A stretch of DNA of 64,000 bases from an uncultured Saprospiraceae bacterium (GCA_938022935.1 CALIHL010000124.1:11585-75584), one strand, 5' to 3'. Counted from the first letter of the stretch, positions 46,602 through 57,557 are shown. Numbers and translations are program-made. Notes: a model not told the origin generated them from the letters alone.

Positions 46602-47777
46602 TTAGCCGTTGTAAGTGATTCGGTAGATAACATCTGCAAAGTCATCTGAAACGAGCATAGAACCATCTTTCATAAACTCCAAATCTACGGGTCTTCCCCA
46701 AGCCTCATCCTTCTCCTTATCTAACCATCCTTCTGCAAAAGTGTCATAACCTGTAGCCTCTGATGATTCATTGACAGGTACCATGGTGATGCGGTAACCG
46801 CTCTTCTTGGTTCTGTTCCAACTGCCATGCTCCGCTATCAAAGCTGTGCTACTCATAGAACCTGGAAACATGCTTGACTTGCCAAACTCTATCCCAAGCG
46901 GCGCTACATGAGCCCCCAAGTTTTGTGCTGGTGGCGTATACGAATCACATGACTTATTCTTTCCATTTACATCGTCCAATAGATCCCCTTGGTGACAATA
47001 TGGATATCCAAAATGCATATTGTCCTTAGTTGCTCTGTTAAGCTCACATGCAGGTATGTCATCGCCTAGCAAGTCTCTGCCGTTGTCAGTGAACCAAAGT
47101 TCTTTTGTCACTGGATGCCAAGTAAACCCAACAGTATTTCTAACGCCTTCATGAACAATCTCTCGATTAGTGCCATCTGGGTTGATTCGAGTGATAGAGT
47201 TGAATACCTGATCTTCTGATTCACATGCATTACACGGCGCACCAACGGGTACATAAAGTTTGCCATCAGGGCCAAAAGCTATATACTTCCATCCGTGATG
47301 TGACTCGGTAGGATATTCGTCATAGATCACAATGGGCTCACCTGGATTATCCAGTTTGCTTTCTATATCCTCAAACTTCAAGATTCTATTGACTTCCGCT
47401 ACATATAGGTCTCCATCTTTGAAAGCAACACCATTAGGCATATTTCCTTCTTCCATAAGAGTATAAGTCTTATCTGCTTTGTTGTCGCCGTTGGTATCTT
47501 GGATTGCATAAACTCTTCCATCTCCTCTTGTCCCAACGAACAACGTGCCCGAAGGGCTTATTGACATAGAGCGAGCATTCTCTATATCCGTTGCGTATAA
47601 ATCAATCTTATAGCCTTCAGGAAGTTTGATTTTTTCGAGCTGAGCTGAGACATCTATCGTCTCCTCTTCATCAGCATCTTTTTCAACCTCTTTTGTTGGA
47701 GGGTTGATCGTATCACAAGACATCAAAAACAAAGACACAAAAAAGAACTGAACTAATAGACGAGCAGAAAAAAGCAT
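46602..47777 (-). CDS. PQQ-dependent sugar (sorbosone/glucose) dehydrogenase-family beta-propeller protein
   Basis: 391 aa with a lipoprotein-like signal (LMSC). ...NGVAF...HHGW.YIAFGPDGKLYV...NTVGF.WHP....LWFTDNGRD are family blocks. Confidence 0.75.
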   Translation of the reverse strand: MLFSARLLVQFFFVSLFLMSCDTINPPTKEVEKDADEEETIDVSAQLEKIKLPEGYKIDLYATDIENARSMSISPSGTLFVGTRGDGRVYAIQDTNGDNKADKTYTLMEEGNMPNGVAFKDGDLYVAEVNRILKFEDIESKLDNPGEPIVIYDEYPTESHHGWKYIAFGPDGKLYVPVGAPCNACESEDQVFNSITRINPDGTNREIVHEGVRNTVGFTWHPVTKELWFTDNGRDLLGDDIPACELNRATKDNMHFGYPYCHQGDLLDDVNGKNKSCDSYTPPAQNLGAHVAPLGIEFGKSSMFPGSMSSTALIAEHGSWNRTKKSGYRITMVPVNESSEATGYDTFAEGWLDKEKDEAWGRPVDLEFMKDGSMLVSDDFADVIYRITYNG

Positions 47778-47788
47778 AATTGTTAGGT

Positions 47789-48439
47789 TTAATTACCCAA
47801 CAAAGAAAAGGAATGTCCTCGGTATTTGTCGTCGTCTATCATAACCTTTAAAGATTTAAACGTTTTTATAGGATCATCAACAGTTTTGGAGTTGACTATA
47901 AACGCAGGCGCAAAGCCCCCGGGGTCAACTATTAGTTGATTAACAACTTTCAATTTACCATTACCAAGGTCAGTAAAGATCCATGAACCTTCACAATATT
48001 TTATCTGTATCAGGCTTGGATCTGTTTCATAGCCATCTTCAAGACATGAGATCTCAACCTTTAAAGTTTTGGTTGTTGGATCGAATGATATGTGATTGTC
48101 AAAAAGTGCATCTCGATCTCTTGCGGGAAAGGGAATGTCAAATTTTACGTAAGTGACATAATGATCATCCTCATCTAGCATCGCTATAATATTCTCTGTT
48201 CCCGGAAATAGCTGAGTATGTACTGGAAAATCTTTGAATATGGACAAAGCCTGAGACAATGTAGCCTCAAGCTCCATCTCAACTCTGTACTCTTTAAACT
48301 TAATACCTGGTTTACTCCTCGTATAAGCTATAATTCCCTCTTCTTCTTTTTCCAACTCCCACTCGGATTGAGCAATGGATTGGAAAGAAGTAAGAGTCAT
48401 CAAAAGAGAAAGAAGAATTATTGTAAATCTTGATTCCAT
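47789..48439 (-). CDS. START/SRPBCC lipid-binding domain protein, secreted
   Basis: 216 aa with a signal peptide. W.L...EGI.AYTR...F.EYR... and PFPARDRD are typical START-fold blocks. Confidence 0.65.
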   Translation of the reverse strand: MESRFTIILLSLLMTLTSFQSIAQSEWELEKEEEGIIAYTRSKPGIKFKEYRVEMELEATLSQALSIFKDFPVHTQLFPGTENIIAMLDEDDHYVTYVKFDIPFPARDRDALFDNHISFDPTTKTLKVEISCLEDGYETDPSLIQIKYCEGSWIFTDLGNGKLKVVNQLIVDPGGFAPAFIVNSKTVDDPIKTFKSLKVMIDDDKYRGHSFSLLGN

Positions 48440-48990
48440 AAGTGAATAAGTTCGCTGGTTATCATAGCTGTTGCACCCCAGAGCGTTTCTCCATACAAAT
48501 CGTAATAAGGAACATCGTGAAGGGTATGATCTCGTACTGTTATTGTCATATTTTTTATTATATCCTCTGGATATTCAAAATATGACATGGGTACGGGTAT
48601 CACTTTTTCCACTTCTGACTCTTGTAATCGGAGCTCTAGAGTTTGCTTTACGTAACCTACGTATGGGAAGACAAGATTGTTGCTTGCATAAACATATAGT
48701 TTTGTTAAGCTTCCGATAACTTCAATCACATCCATCGGTATACCTATCTCTTCAAAGGTCTCGCGTCGTGCGCACCGCTCAAGTGATTCTCTCTCTTCTA
48801 GTCCACCTCCTGGAAAGCTGATCTGCCCTGAATGTTTATCCTTGGGATGATGAGGCCTCTTCATATAAAGCAGGTGCCACTGATCATTGATTGGCATAAA
48901 AAGGGCCATGACCGCAGCCTGTCTCGCTGTTGATTGATCGGTATAATAACGCTCTCTTTCCTCTGTAACAGGGCTCATCTCATACTGCAC
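48418..48990 (-). CDS. NUDIX hydrolase (CoA pyrophosphatase-like)
   Basis: 190 aa with the Nudix box GGGLEERESLERCARRETFEEIGI. The GVG-type start is uncertain (GTG at 48990, or ATG 12 nt downstream). Confidence 0.75.
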   Translation of the reverse strand: MQYEMSPVTEERERYYTDQSTARQAAVMALFMPINDQWHLLYMKRPHHPKDKHSGQISFPGGGLEERESLERCARRETFEEIGIPMDVIEVIGSLTKLYVYASNNLVFPYVGYVKQTLELRLQESEVEKVIPVPMSYFEYPEDIIKNMTITVRDHTLHDVPYYDLYGETLWGATAMITSELIHLWNQDLQ

Positions 48991-49060
48991 GGAGCGACCC
49001 GGTAGAGGTGCTTGTAAAGCTCTTCTTAATCTTATAATCTTCTGATCGGAGAGACTCAGA

Positions 49061-49843
49061 CTACTTCCTCTTGTTAGAGTTGCGGAGATACTCCTCTATA
49101 GCCATAGTCATTGATGGTGTATCTGGTGTCGGCTGTATATTGATCTCGAGGCCTCTGCTTTCGACTTCCTTCTTGGTTGTACTACCAAAAACCGCCATTC
49201 GAGTTTCGTTTTGTTTAAACTCTGGGAAGTTCTCATAGAGAGATGTTATGCCCAGAGGACTAAAGAAAACAAGGATATCGTAGGTCACGTCACTCAAGTC
49301 AGACAGATCACTACTCACCGTCTTGTACATCATGATGTCTCTAAAGTTAAACTCGTTAGCCTTGAGATACTCCACTATTTCTACAGACCCAAGATTAGAG
49401 CATGGAAGTAAGAAGTTTTCCTTTTCCTTATGCTTGTTTAGGGCTGTCGCCAAATCCTGTATCTTTCGAACGCCTACAAAGACCTTTCTTTTGCGATAGA
49501 CGATAAACTTCTGTAAGTAATCCGCTATAGCCTTAGTCAAGCAGAAGTACTTGGTAGACTGAGACATCTTACATCTGATGATCTCACAAATACTAAAGAA
49601 ATGATCTATAGAATTTTTGCTGGTGAAGATAACCGCTGAAAACTCATCAGGTCTGATCCTGTTGCGCCTAAACTCTTTCTCTGTCACCGGCTCTACGTGG
49701 ATAAAAGGCCTCCAGTCTATCTGAAGGTCCCACTTTTCCGCCAATTCAAAATACGGTGATCTACTCGGCTTAGGCTGAGAGATGAGAATCGTTTTTACGG
49801 GTTTGTAGTTTTCTTGCACCTGCGCCTTACTTTCTGAAGACAT
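49061..49843 (-). CDS. hemD: uroporphyrinogen-III synthase-family protein
   Basis: 260 aa with the HemD-like two-lobe pattern (ILISQP...FTSKN...VFFSP). It shows the usual Bacteroidetes synteny with a DUF4271 gene. Confidence 0.65.
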   Translation of the reverse strand: MSSESKAQVQENYKPVKTILISQPKPSRSPYFELAEKWDLQIDWRPFIHVEPVTEKEFRRNRIRPDEFSAVIFTSKNSIDHFFSICEIIRCKMSQSTKYFCLTKAIADYLQKFIVYRKRKVFVGVRKIQDLATALNKHKEKENFLLPCSNLGSVEIVEYLKANEFNFRDIMMYKTVSSDLSDLSDVTYDILVFFSPLGITSLYENFPEFKQNETRMAVFGSTTKKEVESRGLEINIQPTPDTPSMTMAIEEYLRNSNKRK

Positions 49844-49861
49844 TCATTCAATTTAACCAAG

Positions 49862-50809
49862 CTACAATGCCCCAATCATCATCTTAATACCGACCAAGAT
49901 GGGTGCAATTTCGATGGCGCAAAGATATACAAAAAAATAAAAAGGGTTGAAGCCTCGCATTCCTATACATGATAACAGCCCTTTTGATTGTCTTAGGACA
50001 TACATCAAGGCAACAACAAATATCGCTAAATAGCCCAGTGCTGTGATGTCAAAGCTTGGCATAAATTCCGCAATCAAAATAACTGGTAACAGTAGTATAC
50101 CAAGTATGCTATTGTGAATAGCAATCGAATAGTTGTGTAGGTCAGCCTCCTTTCCAACTGGATAAATCGTAGTAATAGACCACATCACAAGATGTCTTAT
50201 AGAATAACATGTCAAGACACCTCCGATAAGGATAAAGAGATTGACAATTATCGATGACTTCAAAAGAATCAGCCATGTCATGAAAGCCATATTCAAAATG
50301 AAGAAAATGTATAGAATGATAAACTGTGGGTTAGTCCATGCCTTGGTATCTCGATACAGTGTTTTAAGATTGTTAGAGTTAAAGCTGGACTTCAATACGG
50401 AGTTGAACCTCTTGCGATCCATGCCAATAGACAATGTTAAAATAATCATCATTACTAAAGAATAGATCAGAACAATCAGCTTTATATTCCAAGGCTCATC
50501 ATTATTACTGCGTGGTATTGCCACTTCTTCTGTGCTTGGCTCTGGGGGTGTAGCACTTTGGGGTTTATTGGGTGAAATATCAAAAGGGTTGTTGCTTATA
50601 GCATCGATATTGATAGTTGGAGCTATTGTTTCAGTCGACGCGTCCACATTATTGTTGGATTTAGTTAATGTATCTAAATCCTCGATATGCTCAGGAATGA
50701 CCACTTCCATGACTTTCTCACCGTTCTGTGGTATATCAAAAGGATTAGACCCTTGACCATAACTGACAGTACAGAGAATAAAGAGAAATATAAAAGAACC
50801 AAACTTCAC
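49862..50809 (-). CDS. DUF4271-family membrane protein
   Basis: 315 aa with a signal peptide, NPFDI repeats, then about 6 TM segments. Confidence 0.55.
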   Translation of the reverse strand: MKFGSFIFLFILCTVSYGQGSNPFDIPQNGEKVMEVVIPEHIEDLDTLTKSNNNVDASTETIAPTINIDAISNNPFDISPNKPQSATPPEPSTEEVAIPRSNNDEPWNIKLIVLIYSLVMMIILTLSIGMDRKRFNSVLKSSFNSNNLKTLYRDTKAWTNPQFIILYIFFILNMAFMTWLILLKSSIIVNLFILIGGVLTCYSIRHLVMWSITTIYPVGKEADLHNYSIAIHNSILGILLLPVILIAEFMPSFDITALGYLAIFVVALMYVLRQSKGLLSCIGMRGFNPFYFFVYLCAIEIAPILVGIKMMIGAL

Positions 50810-50922
50810 TCCCCAAAAATAGGATTATCTTACAAAGAAGAAATCATGGGAACCTCTGTTAATGCCCTGTTAATTGTAAGTCATCTTCTGCATCTATGAC
50901 TTAGTCATTAAATCTTTGCAGT

Positions 50923-52197
50923 ATGCCAAATCATTTGATTCGCAGGCTTGCGATACTAGGAGCTATCTCCATTTTTGGAATTGTCATGATACAAGGCATC
51001 ACCTTAACTCGTAGTTATGACCTTGAGGACAATGAATTTGATCAAGCTGTACGCATAGCTTTATACCAAGTAGCAGAGAAGCTTGCCATAACCAACAAGT
51101 CACAACTTCCAACCGAAGGGCTTGTACAACGCAAATCATCCAACTACTATGCAGTTAATATCAATGATATCATAGATGCCAATATACTTGAAGACTATCT
51201 ATATGTCGAGCTTGGCAAACGAGGCGTCAATACCAACTTCGAGTATGCTGTATATGACTGCCAATCACAAGATATGGTCTATGGCAACTATTGTCATATG
51301 GGTGATCTTGAAGAGGCTAAAAATGATCCAGGCTCATTACCAAAGTTTGATAACTTGATCTACTACTTTGTTGTAGGCTTTCCTTCTCGTCAGAGTTACT
51401 TACTTGCGAGTATTTGGCAGGTTGTTCTTTATAGTGTCTTGACACTTCTCGCGCTGTTCTTCTTCGTTTATGCAATCTGGGTCATCTTACAACAGAAGAA
51501 ACTATCAGAGCTTCAGAAGGATTTTATCAACAACATGACACATGAGTTTAAAACACCGATCTCTTCTATAAAAATAGCAGCCAATGTCTTGAATAAAGAT
51601 CCTGCTATCCAGAAGAACGAGCGACTAAAGAAGTATGGTCAGATTATAATAGACCAAAACGAACGGCTCAATCAACAGGTTGAAAAAGTGCTCAATCTTG
51701 CAAAACTAGAACAGGATAGCTTTAAGCTCAACTTCCAAGCATTTGATGCTATCGATGTGATTAGAACAATCGTCTCTTCTGAAGAACTTAAGATGAAGGA
51801 GAATGGCGCTGGCAACATCTCTCTCTCAGAAGCGGAAGGTCACTTCATGATAAAAGCAGATAAGCTTCACTTTTCTAATGTGCTATACAACATAATAGAT
51901 AATGCTATAAAGTACTGTTACACGGTGCCTGATGTGATTGTAAAAACCTACCAAAAAGGAAAAGACTTTACAATTGAAATAAAAGATAACGGAATCGGTA
52001 TCAATACTGAGCACTTTGAAAATCTATTTAAAAAGTTCTACAGAGTGCCAACTGGCGACCTACATGATGTTAAAGGTTTTGGACTAGGGCTTTACTACGT
52101 AAAGAATATATGTCAAGCCCATGGCTGGAATATACAAGTAACCTCAGTGCCTGGTTCTGGCTCTGTATTCACAATAAAAATACCATATGAATCCTAG
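50923..52197 (+). CDS. sensor histidine kinase
   Basis: 424 aa with two TM helices, an H-box HEFKTPISSI, an N-box IIDNAIKY and G-boxes DNGIGI/GFGLGL. Confidence 0.9.
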   Translation: MPNHLIRRLAILGAISIFGIVMIQGITLTRSYDLEDNEFDQAVRIALYQVAEKLAITNKSQLPTEGLVQRKSSNYYAVNINDIIDANILEDYLYVELGKRGVNTNFEYAVYDCQSQDMVYGNYCHMGDLEEAKNDPGSLPKFDNLIYYFVVGFPSRQSYLLASIWQVVLYSVLTLLALFFFVYAIWVILQQKKLSELQKDFINNMTHEFKTPISSIKIAANVLNKDPAIQKNERLKKYGQIIIDQNERLNQQVEKVLNLAKLEQDSFKLNFQAFDAIDVIRTIVSSEELKMKENGAGNISLSEAEGHFMIKADKLHFSNVLYNIIDNAIKYCYTVPDVIVKTYQKGKDFTIEIKDNGIGINTEHFENLFKKFYRVPTGDLHDVKGFGLGLYYVKNICQAHGWNIQVTSVPGSGSVFTIKIPYES

Positions 52198-52867
52198 AAT
52201 ACTTTATGTAGAAGATGATGAAACCCTAGGTTTCGTAACCAAGGATAGTCTCACACAAGAGAATTTTGATGTAGAACATTTTGTAGATGGAGAGCAAGCA
52301 AAGAAAGCCTTTAATACAAACATGTATGACATTTGCATCATCGATGTGATGCTTCCTAAACTTGACGGTTATGCACTTGCGGAGTATATAAGACTCAAGA
52401 ACACACAAATACCCATCATCTTTGTTACTGCTAAGTCTATGCAAGAGGACAAACTAAAAGGCCTGAAGATTGGTGCTGACGACTATATAACCAAACCCTT
52501 TAGCATAGAGGAGTTAGTCTTAAAACTAAACATTTTTCTAAAAAGAAAGTACGTCGAGCAGGATCAACAAACGATACACCAAATTGGAAAATTCGAGTTT
52601 GACTTTCAAAACTTGATTTTAGCAATTGACGAAGACAAAACGAAGATCACTCAAAGAGAAGGAGAACTGCTCTACGAACTTGCAATAAGACAAAACAAGG
52701 TAGTAAAGCGAAAAACACTTTTAGAAAAAATATGGGGGAAAGAAGACTACTTTCTTGGTCGTAGCATGGATGTTTTTATTTCAAGACTTCGGAAGCATTT
52801 GTCGAAAGACAAAAACATACAAATAGAAAATGTACATGGCGTCGGGTTTCGACTGGTTGTAACTTAG
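52187..52867 (+). CDS. OmpR/PhoB-family response regulator
   Basis: 226 aa with a receiver domain (DVMLPKLDG, KP) and a winged-helix output domain. It overlaps the kinase by 11 nt. Confidence 0.9.
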   Translation: MNPRILYVEDDETLGFVTKDSLTQENFDVEHFVDGEQAKKAFNTNMYDICIIDVMLPKLDGYALAEYIRLKNTQIPIIFVTAKSMQEDKLKGLKIGADDYITKPFSIEELVLKLNIFLKRKYVEQDQQTIHQIGKFEFDFQNLILAIDEDKTKITQREGELLYELAIRQNKVVKRKTLLEKIWGKEDYFLGRSMDVFISRLRKHLSKDKNIQIENVHGVGFRLVVT

Positions 52868-52868
52868 G

Positions 52869-54194
52869 TCAAAGAACTGGACTCAGAAGTTCAGCTTTAC
52901 AGGAGCCGCTGTTTTGATAATCACCTATGGATACTTCCTGCAGTGTGTTGACTATATTATCGTTGGCTGGGACATCGACTTTTATGTAGTTGTCAGTAAA
53001 CCCATAAAGTCTACCATCTTTTTGTTGCTCTTCGATTAAGACAGACCTAATTGCTCCTGAGTGTTGACGATAGAAGTGTTCTTTCTTCTTTTGTGAAAGG
53101 ATCCTAAGTTTCTTATTTCTTTCTTTTCTAATATTCATCGGTACAGAAGCCTCCATATGTTGAGCAAGTGTATTGGCTCGTTCTGAATATGTAAACACGT
53201 GTAGATAACTGATGTCAAGATCAGTCAAGTACTGCTGTGTCACTTTAAAGTCTTCCTCTGTCTCACCCGGAAAACCAACAATAACATCTACACCAATGCA
53301 ACAATGAGGTATGAGCTCCTTGATCTTGGCTACCCTTTCTGTATACAGAGCTCTTTTATATCTCCTTCTCATCAAAGAAAGAATCTTATCAGAACCACTC
53401 TGGAGTGGCATGTGAAAGTGTGGCATAACCCGAGTAGAAGAACCAACAAAAGATATGATATCGTTATGGCAAAGGTTAGGCTCAATAGATGAGATTCTGA
53501 TCCTTTCTATGCCTTGAACGGTCTCAAGTTCTTGTAACAGATCATAAAACGTCTCTTGGCGCTTACCTTCTTCGTCTAATCCAAAATCTCCAATATTGAC
53601 ACCTGTAAGAACGATCTCTTTGGTGCCCATATCCGCTATTTTACCTGCATTTTCGACTACTTGAGAGATCAAAGCACTGCGACTCTTTCCTCTTGCTTGG
53701 GGTATAGTACAGAAAGTGCACTTATAGTCACAACCATCTTGGACCTTTAAAAAGGTCCTGGTTCGATCACCAAACGAAAAAGCCTCTTCAAACGAATTGA
53801 CCTCATTAACAGCGCCTGCTTTGATCATGCCTTTGTCAGTGGCCTTGCTCAAGCCGTCAACATAGTGCTGGACATTAAACTTTTCAGCTGCTCCCAATAC
53901 CAGATCCACACCTGGTATCTCTGCTATCTCTTGAGGCTTAAGTTGTGCGTAACAACCGATGACAATAACCTTCGCTTCTGGGCTTTGTCGCAGCACTTTA
54001 CGTACTTCTGCTCGACATTTGCGATCAGCGAACTCCGTGACTGAGCATGTGTTAAGGACATATATATCCGAACTCTGATCCCAATCCACGGAAGTATAAC
54101 CAAAGTCCTCAAACCTCCTTCTTATCGTCGAAGTCTCCGAAAAGTTAAGCTTGCAGCCCAATGTGTGAAACGAGACAGTACGTGGTGTTGCCAT
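52869..54194 (-). CDS. mtaB: tRNA (ms2t6A37) methylthiotransferase MtaB
   Basis: 441 aa with an N-terminal UPF0004 block (TLGCKLN), the radical-SAM motif CDYKCTFC and a TRAM-like C-terminus. Confidence 0.85.
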   Translation of the reverse strand: MATPRTVSFHTLGCKLNFSETSTIRRRFEDFGYTSVDWDQSSDIYVLNTCSVTEFADRKCRAEVRKVLRQSPEAKVIVIGCYAQLKPQEIAEIPGVDLVLGAAEKFNVQHYVDGLSKATDKGMIKAGAVNEVNSFEEAFSFGDRTRTFLKVQDGCDYKCTFCTIPQARGKSRSALISQVVENAGKIADMGTKEIVLTGVNIGDFGLDEEGKRQETFYDLLQELETVQGIERIRISSIEPNLCHNDIISFVGSSTRVMPHFHMPLQSGSDKILSLMRRRYKRALYTERVAKIKELIPHCCIGVDVIVGFPGETEEDFKVTQQYLTDLDISYLHVFTYSERANTLAQHMEASVPMNIRKERNKKLRILSQKKKEHFYRQHSGAIRSVLIEEQQKDGRLYGFTDNYIKVDVPANDNIVNTLQEVSIGDYQNSGSCKAELLSPVL

Positions 54195-54323
54195 AATAAT
54201 CGTGCAAAACTAAATCATTTATGAATTAGAGTCACAGCTAAGTCAAAATCTGTAGTTACAGATTGGGGCTTTCGTACGTTTCATATTTATTAGATAACTT
54301 AGTTGACAATAGATTGATATCAA

Positions 54324-57300
54324 TTGATAAAAGCCAAAATTCTGCATAGATTACCTCTTCTCCTACTGATCGTTTTTTGCGTTGGTGGCTTAACAGCTCA
54401 GAGCATAAGGACGGAGTTTGGCAAAAACCGCATCCAGTATCATGATGACTTCAGTAAATGGTGGAGTTATGAGACAGAAAACTTCATCGTTTATTGGTAT
54501 GGTAAAGGAAGAAATATAGCTCAATCTGCAGTACAAATAGCAGAATATGTTCATCCTAACATCCAAAACTTAGTTGAGCACAGGATCAATGATAAGATAG
54601 AAATCATCGTCTATACTGATCTTTCTGATCTGTTACAAAGCAACATTGGTAATGAAGAAACATTTGAGACAAAACACGAAACCACCAAGGTTATAGGTAG
54701 TAGGATGTTTGTCTTCTTCGACGGCAACCACAGAAACCTCGAACTAAGAATCAAAGAAGGCATCGCTCAAGTATATCTCAATGCGATGTATAGCCAAGGT
54801 AGTTTACAGGAGATCGTAGATAGTGACCCTGACTTAAAAATCCCGACTTGGTACAGAGAAGGGTTTACGAGTTATACGCATGGAGCATGGACTTCACGTA
54901 TTGAAGATGAGCTCAGGGATCTTTGGTATCAAAGAAAAGGTAGATACCACAAGTTTGATCGGTTGGCTAATGACCATCCGCGAGCAGCTGGACATGCTAT
55001 GTGGCACTATATCGCCAATCAATATGGTCGTACATCCATCACAACACTTCTCTACTTGATGAGGCTTAGAAGCGATTTTGATGAAAACATAGAGTTCATT
55101 TTTGGCTTTGATGTTAAAAAGTTAAAGAAGGATTGGCAAGCTTACTACACAGAATACTTTGAGAATGAAAAAGATGCCTTCGACAGTTGGGAAGAGGAAG
55201 ATGAGCTAAGCATCGGTTATAAAAAATGGTTTCCTAAAAGCACTTACAGACTCAGTCCAAATGGAGATCGATTAATCTACGCCATAAATCAAATCGGTAA
55301 ATATGAAGTAGTATTAAGAGATCTTAATACTGGAGATCAAGAAGTTATCTTCAAATATGGTGCAAAGACTAAAGTCCAACAGGCTGATTATAACTACCCT
55401 ATCGTAGCATGGCATCCCACTAAAAATGAAATTACGATATGCTATAAGCATAGAGAACTGATCATGCTTAGAAAGGTAAATCTAAATACTGGAGAATCTA
55501 TCGAACAAAGCATACCTGAAAACTTCAGACGCATCTATCATATAGACTATATCAGTGATGACGAATACTTCTTCAATGCAACAACGGACGGATATTCGGA
55601 TCTCTATAAGTATAGGGCTATATCTCGTCAGCACGAGCCAATAACTGAAGATTATCACGATGACATCGATGCAAGATATGTCCAGCTTGGTGAACAATGG
55701 GGCGTTCTGTTTTCTTCTAATAGACCAAGCTCTACGATTGTGCCAGAGCGCTTAGACACGACTTTGCCGCTTAACCATTTTGATATATTCTTCTTGCCTT
55801 TAGATAGTGATTATGCCTTAAGATTAACAAACACGCCCGACCAAAGCGAGATACAACCAAAGCTAGCAGACGAACACTACCTTACTTATCTCAAAAATGA
55901 AAATGGTGTGGTCAACAGATGGATCATAGATCTTAATAGTAGAAAGAGTGCTTACGTAAATTCTAATTATGAAAGAAACATAATCAACCACGAAGCTGTT
56001 AAAAACAGTCCTATCTCTATCGTACAAGCATACAAGAATGGTGCTTATGAGACGTACATGTCCACACCAAATTGGAATGCAAGTAACTCATTATACTTTA
56101 CACCAACAGCTGATCTAAAAGAAGAAGACAAACCTGTAGTGGAAGAGTCGGAACCTGACGTTATTGCAGGACCTGTAAAGCCGACAGTGTTTTTTCAAAG
56201 TAAGTTTCCAGATCCTGAGGTTATAGAACCTTTAGAGACAAATGCAAAATTCAAGGTCTTCAAAAGAAACTATGCAGAAACATTTGATCAAAATGAAGGG
56301 GATCAAAACGTTATTGAATTTATACCTGCAAGAGCCGTGGCATCAAGAAGACAATTCAAACTTGAAGAGTTTATAACAAGAGTTGACAACGAAGTGCTTT
56401 TTGAAGGGTTAGAGTCATATGCCGATCAAGAGAATCAAACGCAAGTCCAAGAGGCGGGTTTGTTATTGAAAGGCGTCGCAAAAGATATCTTTGAAGACTT
56501 TAAAATAGAAATGGGTGTTAGGATTCCTCCTGACCTAAAAGGTTCTGAATTTTTTACCGTCTTAGATGATAGAAGAAAGCGTATCGATAGAAGATATGCG
56601 ATCTACAGGAAGCAAAGAACAAAGAATCTTGGCTTTACTGATAATCGAGTAAAGGATGTTACATGGATAGGACTACATAGAGTGAGCTACCCTTTCGACT
56701 CTTATAGAAGTGTAAGAGCGACTGGACAGATCAGAGTGGACCAGACATTTGCCTTGCACACAGACCTTCCTACTCGTAACTCAACAAGACTAAATGAAAA
56801 AGCTGCCAGCCTTAAGTTAGAATATGTGTTTGACAATACATTGGATATAGATCTTAACCTACATCATGGGACCAAGTATAAAGCTTATGTCGAGTTGATC
56901 AACAGGTTTGATCTAGAGTTTGGTAATAACTTCAGTTTTGATGCAAGTAAGGGATCTACAGTTGTTCTTGGTTTTGATGCGAGACATTATCAGCCGCTCC
57001 TTAAAAAATCTATTCTTGCACTTAGAACAGCAGGTGGCACTTCTTTTGGATCAGATAAGATCTTATACTTCGTCGGAGGGACAGATGGTTGGATAACTCC
57101 AAAGTTTGAAGAGAATACCCCAGTTCCTGCTGAGTCCAACTTTGTTTATAAAACAATAGCACCAAATCTGAGAGGGTTTAATCACAATGTCAGAAATGGT
57201 CAGTCTTTCTTCTTAGCAAGTGCAGAGATGAGAATTCCTTTTTTCAAATACTTAAGTAAGAGGGAGTTAAAATCAAAGTTACTTAGAAACTTGCAAGTCG

Positions 57301-57557
57301 TTGGGTTCTTCGACTTTGGGTCTGCTTGGCATGGGCTAATACCTAATGGTGACAATAGCCCAGTAACCCAAACAACTTTATCTGCACCAAGAGTAGATGT
57401 ACTCCTTGACTTAGACAGAAGTGTTTTTGCGTACAGTTATGGAGTAGGAGCGAGAATTAGTTTATTAGGTTATTTCATAAGAGTAGATCATGCTTGGGGT
57501 ATCGATGGCGATGTTAGATCACCAAAGCTTCACTTTTCTTTAGGTACAGACTTTTAA
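54324..57557 (+). CDS. large outer-membrane protein: TolB-like beta-propeller region plus Omp85/surface-antigen-type C-terminal barrel
   Basis: 1077 aa with a TTG start and a signal peptide (...GGLTAQ). It has PNGDRLIYA-type propeller repeats. The C-terminus ...FDFGSAW...YGVGARISLLGYFIRVDHAWG...FSLGTDF ends in Phe. Confidence 0.5.
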   Translation: MIKAKILHRLPLLLLIVFCVGGLTAQSIRTEFGKNRIQYHDDFSKWWSYETENFIVYWYGKGRNIAQSAVQIAEYVHPNIQNLVEHRINDKIEIIVYTDLSDLLQSNIGNEETFETKHETTKVIGSRMFVFFDGNHRNLELRIKEGIAQVYLNAMYSQGSLQEIVDSDPDLKIPTWYREGFTSYTHGAWTSRIEDELRDLWYQRKGRYHKFDRLANDHPRAAGHAMWHYIANQYGRTSITTLLYLMRLRSDFDENIEFIFGFDVKKLKKDWQAYYTEYFENEKDAFDSWEEEDELSIGYKKWFPKSTYRLSPNGDRLIYAINQIGKYEVVLRDLNTGDQEVIFKYGAKTKVQQADYNYPIVAWHPTKNEITICYKHRELIMLRKVNLNTGESIEQSIPENFRRIYHIDYISDDEYFFNATTDGYSDLYKYRAISRQHEPITEDYHDDIDARYVQLGEQWGVLFSSNRPSSTIVPERLDTTLPLNHFDIFFLPLDSDYALRLTNTPDQSEIQPKLADEHYLTYLKNENGVVNRWIIDLNSRKSAYVNSNYERNIINHEAVKNSPISIVQAYKNGAYETYMSTPNWNASNSLYFTPTADLKEEDKPVVEESEPDVIAGPVKPTVFFQSKFPDPEVIEPLETNAKFKVFKRNYAETFDQNEGDQNVIEFIPARAVASRRQFKLEEFITRVDNEVLFEGLESYADQENQTQVQEAGLLLKGVAKDIFEDFKIEMGVRIPPDLKGSEFFTVLDDRRKRIDRRYAIYRKQRTKNLGFTDNRVKDVTWIGLHRVSYPFDSYRSVRATGQIRVDQTFALHTDLPTRNSTRLNEKAASLKLEYVFDNTLDIDLNLHHGTKYKAYVELINRFDLEFGNNFSFDASKGSTVVLGFDARHYQPLLKKSILALRTAGGTSFGSDKILYFVGGTDGWITPKFEENTPVPAESNFVYKTIAPNLRGFNHNVRNGQSFFLASAEMRIPFFKYLSKRELKSKLLRNLQVVGFFDFGSAWHGLIPNGDNSPVTQTTLSAPRVDVLLDLDRSVFAYSYGVGARISLLGYFIRVDHAWGIDGDVRSPKLHFSLGTDF

